64,000 nucleotides of DNA from contig JAADIA010000079.1 of assembly GCA_013151555.1 (NCBI GenBank), positions 1,699 to 65,698 on the forward strand. Reading direction: 5' to 3'. The notes beneath the pieces were generated by a model. It ran no database searches and was not told where the DNA came from. It saw nothing but the letters and a program-made list of their open reading frames with translations. The position numbers and the translations under genes were made by a program. Origin of the DNA: Nitrospirota bacterium (GTDB lineage: Bacteria > NPL-UPA2 > JAADIA01). Position 1 is the first letter of the stretch; every line of letters starts with the position of its first letter. This document shows positions 58,836 to 64,000 of this stretch, piece by piece.

Positions 58836-59390
58836 TCACTTTTTCTCTTCCTCGTTAAGGTTTGTTTCCTGGGGGACTATTATTCCTAACTGAAGAATAA
58901 AAGTCTCTTTTTCTTTGCCCAGGATAACTTTCTCAGGCATAATCTTTATTACTTTTACTTTCCCCCCTGCCAGGGTATCTCCTTCCTTAACAATCTCATG
59001 ATTAATAATGGCAAGGGAACTCGTATCGCTGAAGAGAATAGCGGTTAGAGACCATTCATTTTCTTTCTGCTTATTCTCTGGAGTCTCAATTGTGGGAGTC
59101 TTCTCTTCGGAAGGAGATGTCAGGAAGAAACTTTTCCCCAACTTCTCTTCGCCGGAGAGGAGAAAAGGATTTCTTCCCCAGAAGGGACTCAAAGGTTCTT
59201 TCTTCGCCGGGAGAGAATCTTTTCCTATCCGGGGCCGGGGTTTAACGAGATTAAGTGTTTCTTCTGCTGCTTTTGTCGCCGGGGAGAGGTTTTTCATCCT
59301 CTTCCTTTGAGAGAAGAATCTTATGTTATAAATGACTATAAGGCTTAAAACTATAGCCATAATGATGATAAAAATCTTATTTTTTAACAA
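58836..59390 (-). CDS. pilP: PilP-like pilus assembly lipoprotein/periplasmic protein
   Basis: N-terminal TM, RNPF motif (resembling the K/RDPF motif that binds PilN/O), C-terminal beta domain. Confidence 0.55.
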   Translation of the reverse strand: MLKNKIFIIIMAIVLSLIVIYNIRFFSQRKRMKNLSPATKAAEETLNLVKPRPRIGKDSLPAKKEPLSPFWGRNPFLLSGEEKLGKSFFLTSPSEEKTPTIETPENKQKENEWSLTAILFSDTSSLAIINHEIVKEGDTLAGGKVKVIKIMPEKVILGKEKETFILQLGIIVPQETNLNEEEKK

Positions 59391-59394
59391 GATT

Positions 59395-60117
59395 CTATCT
59401 CCTCAAACTTTCTTTTGTCTTTTCCTGGCTCTGAGGCCGGAGATAATAAGCATTAACATGGATTATTGCTTTTATCAAAGGAATGGTTTCTTCTACCCTT
59501 TGAAGGTTAAGGCTATTTACCGTAAAGAGACGATTGCTGCGAGGAATCTCTTCCAGGAATTTAGCTAAAGATTGGTATTTTCCCTTTGCTTTTACTGTGA
59601 TAGGTATCCGATAACAATTGAAGGAAGTTTTCCTCTTGACTTCTGACTTATTTAAGGCACTTCCTTCTTTTGAAAGTTCTCCCGGTGAGGCGGGCGGACT
59701 TGCTCTGTCCGGGGCAGGTGGATTCATGTCGGGTGGAGCAGATTCTGTTTTTTCATCTTGGAAGGAGATTAACTGTTCTTTTTCCGTGGAGAGCGAAAGT
59801 TCATCTATTTTTGCTTCCTTAGCCAACCGGCGCAGTTCATCTAATAACTGGGGAATTTGTTGTTCCCGGGGAATTCTTGCTCTTATAGCAACCATCTTCA
59901 GTTCGATGACGGAGCTTTCTTTTTCATATTTATCCACTTTTGGTATTGCCAGAGAAGCTTTTTCTAAACGAGCCTGGATATTCTGTAGAGCTTGCTTCGT
60001 TTTAGAAATTTCTTTTATCCGGGGGCGAAATGCCAGGAAATAGAAAAAGGAGAGAGAGAGAAGAATGATACTAACGGTGATAAATAATTCTTTTCGCTCC
60101 CAATTGCCTGCTTTCAT
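59395..60117 (-). CDS. pilO: PilO-like bitopic pilus assembly protein
   Basis: Single TM, coiled coil, C-terminal ferredoxin-like region; positioned between pilN and pilP. Confidence 0.55.
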   Translation of the reverse strand: MKAGNWERKELFITVSIILLSLSFFYFLAFRPRIKEISKTKQALQNIQARLEKASLAIPKVDKYEKESSVIELKMVAIRARIPREQQIPQLLDELRRLAKEAKIDELSLSTEKEQLISFQDEKTESAPPDMNPPAPDRASPPASPGELSKEGSALNKSEVKRKTSFNCYRIPITVKAKGKYQSLAKFLEEIPRSNRLFTVNSLNLQRVEETIPLIKAIIHVNAYYLRPQSQEKTKESLRR

Positions 60118-60168
60118 TATAATTATCCCCTCTCGTCAAATCATAACTTGTAATTGATAACTCGTGAC

Positions 60169-61914
60169 TTATAAATTAAGTAAACATCTTATCGTAAAGG
60201 ACATTGTCTTCTTCGGCTCTTCTGTTTCTAAAACCGAGGGACCTTCCTCCTGAAGGGGTTCAAGGACGACTTCCTTCAAGAAAGCCGATTTCTTTAAATT
60301 GCTTAGTAAAACTGCCAGAGGTCCTCGCCATCCTGAGGTTCCTTCTTTAAGGATTTCTCCCCGAATTGTTAGTTGCCAATTCCGGCCGGTTCTTGAATCT
60401 TCTTCTATAATGGATACTTCTCTTAAGAAAATTTTCTTTGGAACAGTATTGCTCAGGTCTTGTAAAATAAGAGACCAGGGAGGACTTCCCTTTGTAATCC
60501 TTTCTATTAGCCCAACTTCTTTCTGGCGAATCCGTTCTTTCTTTTCAAAAACTTCATATTTTGTTATTAGCGGTTTCATCTGAAGTAATCGTTCCTCTTG
60601 ATTAGCTAAAAGCTGATGATAAGATCTGGAAGTGGTGTCCAATCCCCAGTAAGTAAGGAAAAGAAGAGTAACCAGGGCCAGACCGGATATTCCCAAAGAT
60701 ATTCTCTTAGCAATTCTTTGAGCTCTTTCCTGAATTTCCTCCGGCAGGAGATTTACCCGTTTTCTTTTTCTCGGATTTTTTTCGATAGCTAAACCAATCG
60801 CTGTTGTTAAGACTGACGGAGAGGAGGGAAGGTCGTCAAGAAGCTCTTTTCGCACAGAGACTAATTGGAGAGGGTCGAATTCTTCTACTTCCATCCTCAG
60901 ATTATCTGAAAGAACTTCAGCGATAGTCTTAATATCCTCACTATCTTCACTAAGGAGTATTTTCTCTACCGTTTCTCCCCGGAACTGCTGTTTGTAGTAA
61001 AGAAACGATCGGTCAAGTTCGACCCTTACCCGGCTCAGGAAAATTTCCAGGTTCTCTCTGCCGGGGATCTGGATTGTCCGGGACACATAAAGTTGGTCGT
61101 CTTTACAGATATTTACGGTAACGGTAGAGCCCTTTATCTCTACTAAGGCAATAGCTTTATCTTTCCTTGCCAAACTTGTCTTTTGCCACAAGTTATAGAA
61201 AGCAATCTGGCTAGTGCTGATGGCTGTGGGGAAAATTCCGCATTCTTTCATTAAAGCAAGATAATGCCTCATTCCCGTCTTGGAAGTCATTATTAAAAGA
61301 ATATTCTGTTTGGGGATTCCTTTCTGGGAAATTTCTCCCAGGGAAAGATAGCTCACTATCGTATCTTCGTAAGGGACGGTTGAATGTTGTTTAACTTCCC
61401 GTTGCAGGGCATTGTGGAGCTCTTTCTTAGGCATAAGGGGAAAAGTAAGCAAGGCATGGTTTATTAAGTTTCCCGGGATGGTCACGATAACATTCTTAGG
61501 ATTTATCCCGCTGGTTTGAAGGACCTTTTTAATAGTTTTGATTACCTCTTTTTCTCTTTCCCCTTCCTTCTGGCGGGAGAGGGAAGCCATCCCGAATTTA
61601 TCTAATCTTGCTCCGGTGGGGGTATATACCAGTTCAACCATAACTACTTTATCGGCAGTGATATCCAGAGCGGTGACTCTTCGGGATATTCCCAGTATTT
61701 TCCCAACGCTTATGCCGGAAAGAGTGATAAAGGAAGCAACGTCAGGCACTTTCTCTTTTACTGCTTTGGGAGATACGACTTTTTTTTGCTCTTTATCCGG
61801 TTCCGGGGAGGCTGTTTCCGGGGCAGGAGTCGGTTCTTCCGGTTTTACCGGTTTGGGCACGGTGGTACTTTTAAATATGGGACTATCTTTCAGAGAAAAT
61901 TTTTTCGCGGCCAT
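60169..61914 (-). CDS. pilMN: Fused PilM (actin-like ATPase fold) - PilN protein with about 100-aa Pro/Lys-rich N-terminal extension
   Basis: Central PilM-like domain; C-terminal third starts with the PilN signature VNLLPEE followed by a TM helix. Confidence 0.65.
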   Translation of the reverse strand: MAAKKFSLKDSPIFKSTTVPKPVKPEEPTPAPETASPEPDKEQKKVVSPKAVKEKVPDVASFITLSGISVGKILGISRRVTALDITADKVVMVELVYTPTGARLDKFGMASLSRQKEGEREKEVIKTIKKVLQTSGINPKNVIVTIPGNLINHALLTFPLMPKKELHNALQREVKQHSTVPYEDTIVSYLSLGEISQKGIPKQNILLIMTSKTGMRHYLALMKECGIFPTAISTSQIAFYNLWQKTSLARKDKAIALVEIKGSTVTVNICKDDQLYVSRTIQIPGRENLEIFLSRVRVELDRSFLYYKQQFRGETVEKILLSEDSEDIKTIAEVLSDNLRMEVEEFDPLQLVSVRKELLDDLPSSPSVLTTAIGLAIEKNPRKRKRVNLLPEEIQERAQRIAKRISLGISGLALVTLLFLTYWGLDTTSRSYHQLLANQEERLLQMKPLITKYEVFEKKERIRQKEVGLIERITKGSPPWSLILQDLSNTVPKKIFLREVSIIEEDSRTGRNWQLTIRGEILKEGTSGWRGPLAVLLSNLKKSAFLKEVVLEPLQEEGPSVLETEEPKKTMSFTIRCLLNL

Positions 61915-61936
61915 CTTTTTAAATTCCTTACCTTGC

Positions 61937-62707
61937 TTATCTTATTTTATTGAGAAACTCGTTAGCTAATGCTAAATAGTTCCTTGCTCCTACACAAACG
62001 GGATCGTACTGGAATATTGTCTGTCTCTTTGCCGGAGATTCCTTAAGGCGAACATTTGTCCGGATCATCGTTTCGTAAAGTAACCCTCCGAAGTTTATTT
62101 TCAAAAGGTTAATTGCTTCCTCCGAGATGTTTTCCCGGGAATCGTATTTGGTGATTACCAGCCCGAGCACTTCTACCTTACTGCCCAGGTTTTCCTGAGA
62201 AATTTTTATGGTATCGAACAAGAGATTAAGTCCAACCAGGGAAAGGAAATCGGAGAAAACAGGTATCAATACGTAATCAGCAGCAACAAAAGAATTTACA
62301 GTGAGTAAGCTCAGAGAGGGAGCCGTATCTATAAAAATATAATCATACTGTTCCATGATTTCAGGCGTAAAACTTCGTTTTAAAGCGAACTCTCTGCCAT
62401 ATTCCTGAATTAATTGAATTTCTGCTCCTGCCAGATGCAGGTTACTGGGAGCCAGGTCTAAATTCTCGGTAGAGGTATGTTCAATAATAGCAGATATCTT
62501 TTCATCCTTATTTACCAGGACCTTATACATCGAAGGATTTTCCTCGGAGATATTCTTCGATAGCATGTAGGAAGCATTTCCCTGAGGGTCCATATCGATA
62601 ACCAGTACCCGCTGACCGCGGATGGAAAGGGCCGCTCCCAGGTTTACCGTTAAAATGGTCTTTCCTACCCCGCCTTTCTCATTAGCTACAGTAATTATCT
62701 TTCCCAT
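61937..62707 (-). CDS. ParA/MinD-family P-loop ATPase
   Basis: Deviant Walker A KGGVGKT; DMDPQGNAS; 256 aa. Confidence 0.8.
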   Translation of the reverse strand: MGKIITVANEKGGVGKTILTVNLGAALSIRGQRVLVIDMDPQGNASYMLSKNISEENPSMYKVLVNKDEKISAIIEHTSTENLDLAPSNLHLAGAEIQLIQEYGREFALKRSFTPEIMEQYDYIFIDTAPSLSLLTVNSFVAADYVLIPVFSDFLSLVGLNLLFDTIKISQENLGSKVEVLGLVITKYDSRENISEEAINLLKINFGGLLYETMIRTNVRLKESPAKRQTIFQYDPVCVGARNYLALANEFLNKIR

Positions 62708-62828
62708 CTTATCACCTCCCCTTAAGGATGATTATTTGCCTCGAAAATCTAAACTACAGAGCTTGTAAAGGAAAAAATCTCGAATCTGGAAATCTTCAAA
62801 TTCTAAGAAAAGCCGCATCCTCTTGAGA

Positions 62829-63059
62829 TTAGTTTTTTTTCTTGTGAGCAGTTGCATAGTTCTTTTTATCTAAGAAATAGTTGGTTTTCCTGACGATAGC
62901 TATTATCTGGTTGATTTCCTTAGCGGTATAAATTCTCCAACCTCTTGAATCTCTCTTTACGGAGGGAATGTATCCTTTTTTCTCCCAGCGTTTAATAGTT
63001 AAGGGGCTCCTATCAATACGAAGGGCCAGATCGCTGATCCTATAGGTTGGTCCAGCCAT
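62829..63059 (-). CDS. Small MerR-superfamily HTH DNA-binding protein (excisionase/HTH_17-like)
   Basis: 76 aa; YRISDLALRIDRSPLTIKRWEKKGYIP...GWRIY pattern. Confidence 0.55.
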   Translation of the reverse strand: MAGPTYRISDLALRIDRSPLTIKRWEKKGYIPSVKRDSRGWRIYTAKEINQIIAIVRKTNYFLDKKNYATAHKKKN

Positions 63060-63311
63060 AACAAGCTCCTTTTCTAATATGGTTTGATATAGGTGATATA
63101 TATGACATATTGAATTTTACCCAAAACGGGATTATTTGTCAAGTAAAAAAATAAAAAATATTATGGGATTGGAAAAATTGATAGAATTGAAAAAGAAAAC
63201 AAAGTGCGATATGAATGAAAGAAAGCTATAGGGCTTGCAGTATGTTTTGAGAAGACTTTATAGGCAATGAAGAATTTGTCAATAAGATTGCCCCCGAATT
63301 TTTCCTTAGGA

Positions 63312-64000
63312 TCAATGGGGGCCGATGTCGTCGGCTGTATCTTGAGTGCCATCCGGACCAATACTGATAAACTGATTAGCGCCGGTTTTCTTTACATAAT
63401 TATTTCCCCACTCGTCACTCTGGTAAGTTACTCCGATGTAAGCGGGAACTAAATCGCTAATCTGGGTAGGATAACTGTTTCCCGGTACATTATCATATTC
63501 TTCAGCAGCGGCATTAACTTTATCCAGCTCATCCCGGACCCGTTCTTTTCGTTCCCTGATCATATTGTAGCTGATAACCCGGATAAGGTCGTTGTTGTAA
63601 TCCAGACTGGTCCCGGAGTTGCTATCATCCTGACCATTGTGTCCGTAACTATAAAGCAAGATACTATTTGGAGTTGAGCCCCCGGTAGTGTCATAGGAAG
63701 GATCGTAATAATAGCTTTTTTGCCAGGCATCTTTTGTATAATCGTCGTTAGGTTGAGTAGTCATGTAAGGACCGTCCCACCCGCTCACGCCCGGATCAGT
63801 GTTAAGATCAGCCAGGGTAGAAGGAAGTTCTGTAGTATCCTGGTAGTACATATTTATAGCCGTTTCTATATTTCCCATCTCTTCCCGGGTGGCTTCCTTT
63901 CCCTTTATTCGCAATGAGGTCCCAATAAGAGGAATAGCAATGCCTGCCATCAGGGCAAGGATAGCAACCATAACAACAACTTCGATTAAGCTGAAGCCTC
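63312..64000 (-). CDS. GspG-like major pseudopilin / type IV pilin with large internal insertion (N-terminus beyond window end)
   Basis: Upstream in-frame sequence reads GFSLIEVVVMVAILALMAGIAIP (class III signal). WDGPY and C-terminal DEWGNNY...GPDGTQDTADDI resemble GspG; the remaining positions are not GspG-like. Confidence 0.65.
   Translation of the reverse strand, partial: GFSLIEVVVMVAILALMAGIAIPLIGTSLRIKGKEATREEMGNIETAINMYYQDTTELPSTLADLNTDPGVSGWDGPYMTTQPNDDYTKDAWQKSYYYDPSYDTTGGSTPNSILLYSYGHNGQDDSNSGTSLDYNNDLIRVISYNMIRERKERVRDELDKVNAAAEEYDNVPGNSYPTQISDLVPAYIGVTYQSDEWGNNYVKKTGANQFISIGPDGTQDTADDIGPH

Noticed and set aside
62795-62830. Hairpin + T-run (tctaagaaaagccgcatcctcttgagattagtttttttt) resembling an intrinsic terminator
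   Set aside because: The U-tract is on the plus strand whereas the flanking genes are on the minus strand. For the minus-strand transcript the hairpin is imperfect and lacks a trailing U-run, so it was not called.
61937-63059. Plasmid/ICE partition or excision module (ParA + Xis-like HTH), implying a mobile element
   Set aside because: There is no integrase, relaxase, parB, replication gene, flanking direct repeats or tRNA target. Both genes are co-oriented within the pil operon, so they were kept as components or regulators of the pilus cluster rather than called a mobile element.

Overview
This is a 64 kb chromosomal window from a low-GC (about 45%, estimated by eye) Gram-negative-type bacterium. 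A DUF1559 'H-X9-DG' prepilin-like protein, LPS/heptosyltransferase genes and a PilMNOPQ cluster suggest a PVC-superphylum or Omnitrophota-like lineage, but that is inference. Most of the window is a co-directional plus-strand array of housekeeping genes: a PEPCK-like kinase, aspartate aminotransferase, purC, an NtrB/NtrC-type two-component pair, a GT28 glycolipid synthase, an LpxL-like acyltransferase, hisI, pmm/pgm, yggS, proC, a GH51 arabinofuranosidase, pnp, ileS, lspA, rluD, a full pyrR-pyrB-pyrC-pyrK-pyrD-pyrF-pyrE operon, yicC, rpoZ, split coaC/coaB, thrS, infC-rpmI-rplT, trkA-trkA-trkH, an archaeal-type pheS/pheT, zapA, ffh-rpsP-trmD-rplS-rnhB-yraN, a PilZ protein and yifB. Two minus-strand blocks carry envelope glycosyltransferases (GT39 ArnT-like, GT9 heptosyltransferase) and cbiMNQO plus a type IV pilus/T2SS-like cluster (GspG-like pseudopilin, MerR/Xis-like HTH, ParA-like ATPase, fused pilMN, pilO, pilP, pilQ). 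There is a three-tRNA cluster (Cys, Leu, Val). The most striking thing in the sequence itself is a pervasive set of intergenic elements. Each is built from 2-5 tandem copies of a short (7-11 bp) unit, followed by a 40-200 bp spacer and the same units in inverted orientation. There are more than 20 loci falling into several sequence families (ACAGGAT, GACAGA, GGTTGAAAGTTAAGG, CCCAATAC, AAGGCACA and others). Some arms encode C-terminal tails or supply stop codons of real genes, and one inverted pair lies in-frame inside pyrK. There are also two copies of a ~90-nt conserved element with a compensatory hairpin, which is a candidate structured RNA. No CRISPR array, integrase or transposase was found.
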